Source of the DNA: Laetmonice hystrix
Taxonomy: Eukaryota
Assembly (NCBI GenBank): GCA_965235115.1
Contig: OZ249436.1
Location: forward strand, 18,168,001-18,232,000
Reading direction: 5' to 3'
Length of the DNA stretch: 64,000 bases
Shown here: positions 26,001-36,909 of the stretch, one piece after another
Position numbering within the stretch: the first letter of the stretch is position 1
Layout of the letters: each line of letters opens with the position of its first letter
Notes under the pieces: model-generated
The model's input: only the letters and a program-made list of their open reading frames with translations
Databases searched by the model: none
Told to the model about the DNA's origin: nothing
Made by a program: the position numbers and the translations under genes

Positions 26001-28932
26001 TGGTCTCTCATTGGCTGACTTCATTTGAAGGACCAATCAGAAGCTCTGAAACAAGAGTTCAGTCTTAAGATTTGAATCTTAAGACTCGGTTTGCAAACTA
26101 AAAACCTGGGCCAGGGTGTAGGATATATGAGGGTGGACACGGATTTGGGCCGCCGTGGGTTTCGGCCGCCTACTTTCAATTTCAATACTACGCTGACTCA
26201 GAGGTCATGTGCTGTTGACAGAGCTCAGCAGCCCAGCTACAGTACAAGGCCCCCACCCTGACTACAACCAGGGCACTGAGATCCAGGCAATGTCAGCACA
26301 GACCTGTTGCATTGCCTTTTCAAAAAGGTTTAGGGTTTACGGAACAAGCTTATGGATACGTTTACGGTTATGGAGAGTGATAGGGCCTAGTTACATTACA
26401 AAGAAATTTCTTTGAGGAATTTAGCCGACATCGATTTACCCTGATGGCAATGAGTCATACTCATAGGCCTATGGCTACTGGCGGCCAGGGTGCATTCACC
26501 CAACCACCTGGCCCTCCCTGTCTGTGTGTTAGGCCTACTCGTCCAGCCTTTCGTAGGACTGACCCCCATCACTCACCCACCCTGGCCGCCTCTGGCCTAG
26601 CCCCGACCTCAACTGATTCAGGATTGGTCTGCTTGCTTGCTGGAAGACAGCAGCATGCCCATGCTCAAATAGATATAGACCGGAACTTTACCAGCACTGT
26701 GACGTCAAGGACTTCCGGGCAGTGCCACGATGGCTGCGCTGCTAAAGCCAGTGATTTTGACACTGTTGTCATGTTCGACATGACTTCTTGGAATGGGGGA
26801 CATTTTTTTTTATTTTATTTAAGAAGATACAGAATAATGCAAAGGTCTACCTCACTACCAAATTTCTTTGGCAGGCTCCTTCATTTTAAAACTTGGGAGC
26901 CAGGGCTGCTAACTCCAAAAATATCAGGCTCTAAATCTACCATTGTGGTACAATATCGTAGCCCTGAATCAGCAATAATACCAATAGGAAGGTGAATCAT
27001 TGCACTCCTACAGCAGTCTGATGATTCACTGTGCAGTAAGAGTAGAATGTTGGTCAGAATTGAAATGTGCGTACTGACCACTGGGCAGTGTTCTGATCCC
27101 CTGGCGTCTGACTGATAATGGCACTGAGGTCAGCCAGGAGGCACTCCACGTTCTCTTCCTCCATCATCAATGCCATCTCTTGCTGTGGATCAAAGAAATC
27201 CAAATTGACATTATTTATGACACTATTGGGCTAGTTAAACTATTAATGCCTATTAGCAAATTCTCTTTTATTATTGGTTACAAATAAAGAATAGCATCAT
27301 AACTGCAAGTGCAACTAGGTCACATATGTACAGAATCTCAAAACACCAAGTAAAATCAGGGGCCATGTCACTTTTCCCCCAAGGGTAGTACGAGAGTTTA
27401 CTACTTGAGACTAGTGCATACTTTTAAACCAATGAGATTCAGAATGCACCATTGGTACTAAAATAACATGCTCTAGTACTTACTGTCATAGACCGATGCA
27501 GCTGCTCTTGGTAATCTTTGTAAATTACTTCCAAAGCTGATTTTTGCTTGCTGTATACTTGAGAATAGCCTTTTGCAAATAATCTGAATCTGAAAAGAAA
27601 GGAACATCATTTTTATGTTAAATTTCATTTTCTGCAATAATATAATATGTTGTTGCATTCTGTGCATGTGGCTGTTGAGAAAGTATGGTCTGTTACAACC
27701 GCTATTGTAATATAGTCCAGGAGCTAAGGATCTCAAAAAATGTTTGAGTAGCACACCCAGTACACAGAAGGTTTGACTCCAGATTCTGTTAGGAGGGATG
27801 ATAAGTGACATTTATAGGCACGATGTACAGTTGAATTGTGGTATAGATTTTCTTCTAATAAATTATTACAAATTATATTACAATACAGCGTTCAAAGTAA
27901 GCGGTGGTCCGGTTGTCCGAGACAACATAAAGATAAAATATTGTCAGACAACCCTAGCTTTCCGGCAGGGTTGTCCGCCAGACAACCTTATTTTTTTTTG
28001 TCTGGAACAGCGGGACAACTTGGGGAGGAACCGGGAAAGGTAATTCACAAATCCATTCAGACGCTGCACTCCTTCTACATCGCTAGGTGGCTGCCTCTTC
28101 ATTACTGCTTTGACTTTCTCTAGGTCTGGCTTCAGGCCTGCATTGGCAATGAGATGTATCGGTATCCTAGAAATGGCACAGTCCTGTTGTACGGTACCAC
28201 CTATCCAGAAAATCCATAACCGGCCGAGTGTACGAGGCCTATCACAGAAGCAAAGGCCAGGGCAACGGCGTAGGAATGTCACATGTGACATTACAAAAAG
28301 TGGGGGGGGGGGCACATCTCAGGCGCCGCGGAACCAGCACTGCACGAAAAGGGGCGTCACCACGTCTGTGTGTGTCGTGGGGCCCACCCCATAACATTTT
28401 TGAATTTTGAGGGCCCCAAAACACTATTTCCTGGAATCTGGACTGGAGATAGAAATTGTGGAGTTTCTCAAAGCATGATTATCATTACGACATAGCCTTA
28501 GGTGAAGTTGAGGTCTCTCTGTAGTGTAGGCGGATTTACGTCGTGCATATCGAAAATTCTGGGTCTAAAGTGGGGGGAGGGGCCACAAACATCATCTTTG
28601 CCCCCCCGGGCCACCCTGAGAAGTGGGGGGGGGGGGCACAATGACATGTCCCCCCTTCCCCCCCCCCCTCCTCGCTTCCTACGGCTACGCCAGTGCAGGG
28701 TGATGATTATTTTTGCTTTTGTTTTGGTATCTGGTTGAACTTACTTCATAGACGATGTACACTTTTGTATAGCTTTGTCGACGGCCGACTTCAATTTCAT
28801 TCTCCTATTATTCTTTTCTTTGTTATCATCAGTATAACTTGATTGTTGACTAACGTTACTGAGTGTTGTATGAAAGACACTGACGGTTTCCGGAGGTCCC
28901 TCCGAGGTATCAACTGTTTGATTGTCCTCCAT
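23071..28932 (-). CDS. PMF1: Polyamine-modulated factor 1 / Nnf1 (MIS12 kinetochore complex subunit), ~209 aa, 5 coding exons: 28932-28745, 27589-27484, 27182-27079, 24616-24418, 23103-23071
   Basis: All four GT-AG introns join in frame (phases 2,0,2,0): MEDNQ...RRMKLKSAVDKAIQKCTSSMK/FRLFAKGYSQVYSKQKSALEVIYKDYQEQLHRSMT/QEMALMMEEENVECLLADLSAII...AQW/RPQGNPRCDVSAHLMP...coiled coil/AVESLHRKDC*; WRPxGxP motif and overall layout match PMF1. Confidence 0.85.
25049..25258. mobile_element. Partial inverted copy of the element at 25538-25849
   Basis: ~200 bp reverse-complementary to ~25636-25849 (agggctctcaaaagtagccggtcagcagcggcaaaacacc...). Confidence 0.8.
25538..25849. mobile_element. hAT-like MITE with 6-bp TSD, in PMF1 intron 3
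   Basis: Termini cagggctctcaaa / tttgacagccctg; CATGAG on both sides (25532-25537, 25850-25855). Confidence 0.75.
25934..26111. mobile_element. ~178-bp MITE, copy 1 (CAG TSD, Harbinger-like)
   Basis: TIRs gccccggtttttagtttg / caaactaaaaacctgggc, CAG flanks; highly similar to 32568-32743. Confidence 0.85.
28013..28180 (-). mobile_element. Ty3/Gypsy pol fragment (end of RT / connection region) in PMF1 intron 1
   Basis: VPFLG, an 8-nt insertion, then HLIANAGLKPDLEKVKAVMKRQPPSDVEGVQRLNGFVNYLSRFLPKLS; matches the Gypsy FLGH...G.KPDP.KV.A....P.....V..F.G..NY..RF pattern. Confidence 0.85.
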
Positions 28933-29996
28933 TTTCAATTTCCCGCACTAGGATTTAGGTCTCAGTGCACTAGATTCTCGATCTTAGCTAGCCACTGCGG
29001 GGATCAACAGCCTCCCTCGGAGTTCCGTAAATAACTGGCGCCACCTGGTGAGTATGCAGGGGCCTTTGCTTGATATTTTGTGGGGAGATATTTCAGAACA
29101 CACCTCCACGGACTGTCATGGCGCCGTAAACATGATAGTAGATTCTGGTCGATAGTAGGCCTACATAGTAGGTCAGGAAGCTATTTCGGTGTGGATATTA
29201 CTACTGAACATGAAAACACAAAATTGCGACTTTTCGGGACGTAACATGGCCTTTCTCTAATAATGAGGCAATAATGAACAATACGGTAGCTTGTGCGTTC
29301 AAAGCTTGTTTCTCCGACCGACACCCAGGCCAGAGCCAGACTGCGATCTACCGCCGGACTACGCAGGGTGAGAGACACGACTTCACGTTCGGTTCAAGGC
29401 TCAAACCAAGGCGGGAAGGCGGGATTTTCTTCACAACGTCTCAAGCCGGCCGACCATGCTGAATGCTCTCCGGATGATTAGATTCGCTCAACTACAACCT
29501 TTTTATTTCTTTCCTTGGACATTGTTACGACTGCAAGAGTGACCGTGACCAAACAGATCCGATCGAGTTGATCAAAACAAAATTCATGCGCTACTGGTAC
29601 TTGCCATAACTTAGACTTAGTTGGTCTTGGCACACGTTACCAAATCGTGTTTCAGTTGTGTATGTTCTGGTTTAAAGCAATGAGCCGAACCACAAGACAC
29701 TATTACGATCATTAATTAACTAGTACAAGAATGACCAACATCCAAAGAGTGATGACCGCAGTTATTGCAAACCAGTTGATGCTAAACCAACATGTTCTTG
29801 TATTGTATGGAGATGGTGACAATGGCTTCGAATCACTTGTCTGACACAACTAACAGATACCACAACACTTGTATCTGACCATTTAAACATATAGGCTCAC
29901 AATTGACCCCTGACCTATCGCAGGCACTGTGTATGTTTTACCAATCATTCTTCCAATCATTCAGTTAGACATAGATCGTCCTGCTCAGGCTTTACA
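28933..29996. promoter_or_regulatory. Probable bidirectional promoter / 5' UTR region shared by PMF1 and FKRP
   Basis: Start codons 28932 (-) and 29997 (+) face away from each other ~1.06 kb apart; CpG-richer segment at ~28980-29470. Confidence 0.6.
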
Positions 29997-31523
29997 ATGA
30001 GACTATTAAGCATTAAGCGTCAGTTGAGGCGTGTATCCTGTTTCCAGTGGTTCATTGGCAGTGCAATCACAATCAATCTTGTATTGTACTATTATCTTTC
30101 TCAGAGACAGCAGCAAAGCGAAACAGAACCTATAAATGGAAGTCGTCGTCGTGAAGATCATGTTCTGATGAAGTCTTTGGGAGACAGCATTCCTGGCATC
30201 ACAATTGTGATTCGAGATTTTGAGTTCTTTGACAATCGAATTTCAGATACTGTTATTCATGCACATAAGATGATGCCAAGTGCTGACATTGTTGTAGTCT
30301 CTGAGATAGTCCCATATCCTCCATTAAAACTTCCGAGTTATGCAAAACTCTTAGTTATGAAGGTTCCACCGGATAGGTCTGAAATTGTAGGAAGACCGGA
30401 CATTTACATAAAGAGACGACATGTTCTGTTCTTACCTGATGCACATCAGATAATATCTGGAGATGTTGTACAGGTTATGGTAAATGAGCTTGGAACCCAG
30501 CCTGCTGATGTGAAAATGATTGCGTGGCCAGCTAATGCCCTCCGTGATGTCAAGTGCAAAGGTCTTGATGTCAACCTCAAGAGATGGACGCTGAAATACT
30601 TTCAGAGTAAAGGTCCTTGTGATGCCCTTCAAGGCACTTTTTTTCTCTTGATAAAAAGAGAAAATCTGTTCAGGTTATCTCGACCATTTGCTAGACCTTA
30701 TTCTGATGCATTCTTTCTTCAGACTGTCCTGCATGGATGGAAGGTGGTTTTCAGGAATGATTTCACATTCCGAAGGTCCGTCAAACTCTTCCAGGATCCG
30801 CATTACAACTGGAAACATAAAGCAAAGGAAGAGGCACGCCAGTTGGCTATATACAAAGACTTTGGAATAAAGCTGATACAGAGTGAAGATGGAAAGGAGC
30901 GGTGGTTGGGATGTACCAAGGAGAGTCAGAGATGTTTTGGTACTGTTGTGAACGACATGCCGGAGTACATCTTCCAGGGACGGTGGACGCCCCCATGCTG
31001 TCTTCATGCATTGAGACTGACTGCACGCCATGTTTTCCTAGTGCTGGAGGCCCAAGGGGTACGGTACTGGCTGGAGGGTGGCAGCCTGCTTGGTGCAGTA
31101 CGCCAGGGTGACATTATTCCCTGGGACTATGATGTTGATGTAGGTATATACCAGGATGACATTCCAAAATGTATGCATTTGTTGAAGTCTGAATTTCAAC
31201 CATATGAAGATCAAGATGGCTTTGTGTGGGAACATGCAACTGAAGGAGACTTTTTTCGCGTTCAATATAGTTCTACCAACAGGCTTCATGTTGACATATT
31301 TCCCTTTTTTTCAAGAAATGGTACAATGACAAAGAAGACTTGGATTAAGACACACAGACAAGATACAGAGTTTCCTGAACATTACCTGAATCCACTTGAG
31401 AAAATGGACTTTATCGGTGTGAAGGCGTTTGTTCCAAACAACTACCGAGAATTTCTTGAAATGAAGTTTGGCAAAGGGGTCATTGAAAATCCCAAGTATC
31501 CAGATGCGAGTAAAGTTGTCTGA
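29997..31523 (+). CDS. FKRP: Fukutin-related protein (ribitol-5-phosphate transferase FKRP), 508 aa, single coding exon
   Basis: N-terminal TM (WFIGSAITINLVLYYYL), stem domain, Zn-loop GCTKESQRCFG...WTPPCC, catalytic YWLEGGSLLGAVRQGDIIPWDYDVDVGIY, FFRVQYSSTNRLHVDIFPF, C-terminal FLEMKFGKGVIENPKYP; intronless CDS as in vertebrate FKRP. Confidence 0.97.
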   Translation: MRLLSIKRQLRRVSCFQWFIGSAITINLVLYYYLSQRQQQSETEPINGSRRREDHVLMKSLGDSIPGITIVIRDFEFFDNRISDTVIHAHKMMPSADIVVVSEIVPYPPLKLPSYAKLLVMKVPPDRSEIVGRPDIYIKRRHVLFLPDAHQIISGDVVQVMVNELGTQPADVKMIAWPANALRDVKCKGLDVNLKRWTLKYFQSKGPCDALQGTFFLLIKRENLFRLSRPFARPYSDAFFLQTVLHGWKVVFRNDFTFRRSVKLFQDPHYNWKHKAKEEARQLAIYKDFGIKLIQSEDGKERWLGCTKESQRCFGTVVNDMPEYIFQGRWTPPCCLHALRLTARHVFLVLEAQGVRYWLEGGSLLGAVRQGDIIPWDYDVDVGIYQDDIPKCMHLLKSEFQPYEDQDGFVWEHATEGDFFRVQYSSTNRLHVDIFPFFSRNGTMTKKTWIKTHRQDTEFPEHYLNPLEKMDFIGVKAFVPNNYREFLEMKFGKGVIENPKYPDASKVV

Positions 31524-32567
31524 CTCATAGTATTGTCTTTTGCCTCATTATTTACTTTTATTTTTTTTAGTTCTACATGTAGTGGTTTTACATAAGGTGA
31601 GGAACTAGTGTATCTCTACCATCGTGTTTTGTGCTAGTTTTTACAATCTTCTAGCAGATGTGCACCCTATGTTCAAGAGCACCTTATCTATGGATTTTGT
31701 CCAGATGTTATAACAAACAGGCCATCAAGAGCTTTCTTGACCTTGGAATGTGAAACGATGTGGATTTACAATTATGATTCTTGTTTTCTTTCCCCTTATA
31801 TGTTTATGAACGAATATATAAGTAACCTCGAAGTAAAAGTGAAACTGTAAATGTAGTTGTAGGCCTACTGCTAGAATTGATTACATGGGAGTGTAAGAGG
31901 CCTTGCAGGCGTATGAGATATTTGATTCATGCCTGGAGACATGGAGGGAACATATGGCAAGTCGTCCATCAAGTACTGCCACGTGCAGACTGAAATTTTG
32001 TTTGGGAAATTTAGTTTACAGGGGCCGTAGCTAAGTACGCGGATAAGATTTATCCACGCCCAGCTATACAGCTACTAAATGTACTAATATCTCCACGAAA
32101 TTTCTGCAGTGATTGTTTAGTATCCACGTCTGACTGTGATCGTTTAGGCGGCGGTGACCCCGTTCACCAATCGCGTTGTCAAGACGTGTCTCCCAAGTTC
32201 TAGATACATGTACATCGCTGGCTGAGAGCAAGGCTATCGTAAACTTGTGCACTTGATGTTTTGAGAATTGGCGTTATTGCTCAAAACAAATTCCATTTTC
32301 TGGAGATAAATACCCTGCAACACATTATACCACCTTAACTGTTTTGTACATGTAGATACATGTACCATATAGCTGCACAGATGCGTATAAGACCTATTAA
32401 TGTTCCATTAACATTAAACCAATTTGCAGATACAATATTCTTGCTGTCAGCCAGCGACAGGATGTATAGGCTACATGTATCAATATGTTCATCAAACGGG
32501 CCTGGGCGTTATAAATATTATTCGAGAGAACCTAACGAGGTTGGTGTAGCCTATTACGGAAACCCTG

Positions 32568-32743
32568 GCCCTGGTTTTTAGCTCGTCATTTTACCAATCT
32601 TAAGACTGAAATTTTAAGACTGACTTGTATTATGGGCTCTCATTGGCTGACTTCATTTGAAGGACCAATCAGAAGCTCTGAAACAAGAGTTCAGTCTTAA
32701 GATTTGAATCTTAAGACTCGGTTTGCAAACTAAAATCCAGGGC
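32568..32743. mobile_element. ~176-bp MITE, copy 2
   Basis: Near-identical to 25934-26111; TIRs gccctggtttttag / ctaaaatccagggc. Confidence 0.85.
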
Positions 32744-33311
32744 CAGGCATGTCAACTCAAAGTTGTTCCTCGAGCACTGTCACTAGTGTCAGGATTAAAT
32801 GCCTACCCGTTGCTGCTATCGTTGGCTTTGCCATATTGCTTCGACAACAATAACTTTACTTGGGGACGTTCTATTGGCTAACCAGAAATGCACGCTATTT
32901 TTTATGAATCGCGCCTCAGGCAGTGCTGTAATCTGATTGGTGCTTGCAGTACTGCAAGTAGGCCGAAAGGAGAATAACTATGTAAATGGAAAGGAGATGG
33001 CGCCGTGATTTTATTCTCCGGCGATGACAGGCTGTCGTGAGGGGGGAATCGTTCGGAGCAGTTCACCCCAAGCGTGGGAGGATGCCCACTGCCCAGCGAG
33101 GGGCTGCCCCGTATCGACCTCACAACGACCCAGGTCCACCCATCACTGCCCAAAATCAACCCTACCCAGCGAATACCTCTCCTTGAATGGGGGGATGGTC
33201 ACACCGTTGGCCACCCGTAGGACGGACCAAGCACTGGACAGGCTAGCACAGATGGGAGGTTGGTCACAGCTCGTTATGACCACACCAATACGGCGCCAAC
33301 AGCATATCGTT

Positions 33312-34660
33312 TATACCCCCATCACACTGGATGAAGACCTAACGGCGACCACGGCGACCTAGCAGATCGCCGTGCCGCTCCCACCCTGCTGCCACGACGT
33401 GGAAAAATGCAATTTTCGGACAATTTAGGCCGTCCCTACCACATCGTATGGCGTTGCTACCACTTCCTATACGATCACACTACGCTCACTGCGCAGCAAG
33501 AACGCAGCTCTGACGTCATGAGCGCAGCGGCAGCACCCTGCAGAGCGTGTAATACCCCCATTCCACTTAGGCCGATCGACCCCGATCAGGAGAACGGGAA
33601 CGATCGTATTTGGAACGGTTTTGGAACGGGGCCAGATCGGGATGATCGTAAATGGAACTCCTTCGATCCTGGTCGGTCGGGGAGATCGTATAGATCAGGA
33701 CGGAATTTTGAACATGTTCAAAATTTCGTCCCGATCTATACGATCTGAACTGATCGTGAATACAGCGTGAATGCAGCGTAGTCTGATCGGAATGATTGTA
33801 CTTAGAACGGCCTGGTCGTAGTTAGAACGGATTGATCGTGATGACAGCGTCGTTGCAGCGGGAGGATTATGTTATCCCGTTTCGACGACGATCGTTACCG
33901 ATCGGTCCCGCTTCAATGCCGATCCATGGCTGTCTTCGACGATACTGATGATCGTAGCAAATCGGGGCCTATTTATATGGATCGCGACCTGAAATCTGCT
34001 TTAGTCGGGTTAAAGACGGGAATGGAGCGTAGTTACATCGGTTTGGTCGGGAATGACGTAGTTGAAACGGCAACAGATCGGCACCGGATCATTTTTCAAT
34101 CGGCGGTGATCGGGAATGCAGCATGGTTACAGCGTACGCGAGCGGCAACACAGCGGCTCCAAACGGCTTCAATCGGGTCTTCAGGGAACCGATCTACCCA
34201 CGATGAGCGTGGATACAGCGTATTGATCGTAATCGGAGCGTACTTAAAACGTACTTAAGGACGTGGATACAGCATAGATGACCTTTTTTTGGCCAAAGTG
34301 TCCCGATCGCCCCCGACCTGGCCATCGGGGCCAATCGGGGCCGATCGGCCTAAGTGGAATGGGGGCATTAAGGGCTCGTTAGGGTCACCGAGGTCTCGGT
34401 AGCAGCATGGTAAGAGTGCCAGGCCAGCGCCATGGGAAGGGAAGGCCGATGCTACCCCGTTCACTGGCGCTCGACCTGCGCTCTCAGGAAGCTGGTACTG
34501 CGCTCCTAGGACGCTGATGGTGATCGCATTTCGATCTAACTGCGCTTTTAGATCCACGGCGACCCCACGGCATAAATTTTGTGCATGTTCAAAATTGGTC
34601 GCCGCTCATGGCGCTCATGGTGACCATAGACGACCCTGGGAGATACTATCTCGCTCCTGC
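33312..34660. mobile_element. Older Harbinger-type non-autonomous element interrupted by the element at 33550-34370; right end not found
   Basis: Left terminus tatacccccatcacact resembles the inner element's TIR; GC-rich cgacc/gcgct subrepeats on both sides of the insert; shares the AATTTTG..CATG..CAAAATT motif. Confidence 0.5.
33550..34370. mobile_element. ~820-bp MITE (PIF/Harbinger-like) with GATCG subrepeats
   Basis: TIRs taatacccccattccacttaggccgatcg / cgatcggcctaagtggaatgggggcatta. Confidence 0.85.
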
Positions 34661-35577
34661 TGGTTCTGTGTCAATGGGATGAGTCCGATGACAGAAGGCA
34701 GTCAACCAGACAGAGGAAACCGCCCACCAGTCATTCCGCTGGTCAAGTTAACCAAACGACAGAGAAACGGACAGCATCCCTGTACAGGTCAGAAGACAAT
34801 AGAAATCTGTCAGAGGGACGGCAACAACAGAGTGGTGACTCAGTTTAAAGTGATAATGCAATCACCTCGACGTGTTCAGGTTTTGTTTGAAGGATTCAGT
34901 GTTTGGGCAATCCTGTGCTACTCAGTCATTTGTCTCAGCCGAATTGCATTCAAAGTTACACTAGCAGACAAACTTATTGTTTCATTTTACAGTAGTTCCA
35001 TGCCTCGCCCAGCGAGGTATGTTGGTCAATGTTTCTGATTGTCAGGAGACCAGCCCAGTTGGGTCTGATAGTCCAGCCCCTGGGGGTTGTTTCAATAAGC
35101 GCGTCGAACCGTCCGACCGGCGACGGACCAAAAATTGCAGGCCCTACAACCAAGTGACAGACTGTCCGTCGCCAGTCAGACTTTCCAACGTGCTTATTGA
35201 ACCACCCCCCAGGACTATGTGGACCAGGCATCCACTAGTCCCAATCTCTCGGAATGCCCGAGCAGGGCGGCCTACAGTGATACCTATTACCACACGAGGT
35301 CCGGAATCGAATCTGCAACCAGTACTGTAACTAGAAGCTAATTTGACACTGCTACTATTAAAGCGACCACAATTGCTAAGCTGCATGCAATAGGCCTACA
35401 CGTGGAAGCTGCGCCATTTTAGTAAGCCAGGTATTACAATTGATAAGCCGCAAGACTCCACACAGGGGGCCAGCCTCCTCCGGCGGTGAGAACAGGTCGC
35501 TGCCAGGTGGCGTGTGATGCCTGCCGGGCTGGAGCGCACCCGCGAGACAGGGCAAATCTGGTGAACTTCATGGTCGG

Positions 35578-36264
35578 ATGCTTTTATGGACTTCGAGGAT
35601 ACTTCATGAGGAGGTACCATGCCTTGCACGTCGATTTCCTCCTGCAGAGGTAAACAGTGTCCGACTGCCGGATGCCACACATTGGCGCATCTTTGAAGGC
35701 TTGCCAAGTTACATGAGATCGGGTAGGGGAGGCTTAATTACCATTTTACGACAAGTTGCAGAGAATCTGGATTCGGCTGTGCAGCCAGAGCTCCGTTTGA
35801 ATTCAGAACCGATCCTTGTGAAGGATTTGAGGAATATAACGGTATTCTTATGGGAACATTACCTAAATCACAAGGTAGCCTTTACTTCACTCGCATATTA
35901 CTATGACAATGGGAATCCAGTGTTTTCATCGAATGGCAAAGTCCTGGACATTCTTATCAGTATTCCGATAGTGTTGCAGGCTCATTTATTCAGGACATAC
36001 ATGGTTTATTCTTTCGCAATTCTGGTACATTTGGTAAATGAATCGCACGCCACGATTTTAGGTGATTGCTCAGTAGAATATATAGGTGTTTCCGTGGATA
36101 AGGGGTTTATTATAGAGACACCAGCTTTGCAGGACTGCAGGGGTGACGAGATCCCACTTTGCCCGATGCTGGGGTATATGCAGTTTATGAACGTTGACTC
36201 TTATGTTTTGGCTCCGTTCCAGAACGTTCCAGAGTCGGTAGCCCGACTGTGTGACACTTTATGA
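35578..36264 (+). other. 228-aa orphan ORF of unknown origin, possibly a decayed TE- or virus-derived gene
   Basis: Longest ORF in the window outside the two LicD-family genes; protein-like composition; no family I recognise; part of it is duplicated at 36741-36909. Confidence 0.3.
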
Positions 36265-36740
36265 CGCCAAGGACGAGTGGTGGTCAGTACGGCCGCAAAA
36301 ACTGTGGAGGTACTATGTTGTCTGAAACCAGCCAAATCAGTGGACATTTCTTAGTTAGCGATGCGATTGCGCGATACGGACGCCCACTTCGTGGGTACCT
36401 TATACCAACTTACCATAACAACAATTGCACAAGGTTCACATGGATGTTACTGTACGTTACCCTATAAACACTGTGTTATTGGATATACTCAAGGTTCCCT
36501 TCTTTTGGGACACATCAAGTGATTTCCTGGAAGCTGCGAGTGAGGGAACCAATCCCGCCAGTGAATGCTTTTCAGTCTAAAGGCCTGGCCATACAGACCG
36601 ACCCTGTCGTAGACAATCAAGTCGGTGTGCATCGGTCTGTGGTCAGGGCAGCTGACGTCCGCAGTGCAGAGCAGGAGGCCCATCGGCCTGTGTGGCCGAT
36701 GAGTACATTTGGTAAGAGGAATTATCACAACATTTAGTTC

Positions 36741-36909
36741 CAGAACCGATCCTTGTGAAGGATTTGAGGAATATAACGGTATTCTTATGGGAACATTACC
36801 CACATCACAAGGTAGCCGTTACTTCACTCGCATATTACTATGACAATGGGAATCCAGTGTTTTCATCGAATGGCAAAGTCCTGGACATTCTTATCAGTAT
36901 TCCGATAGT
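36741..36909 (+). repeat. 169-bp direct duplicate of 35804-35972
   Basis: Read directly; about 3 substitutions between the copies. Confidence 0.95.

Noticed and set aside
33407..35038. ORFs of 100-173 aa in the ORF track
   Set aside because: They lie within GC-rich MITE subrepeats and show no protein-family features
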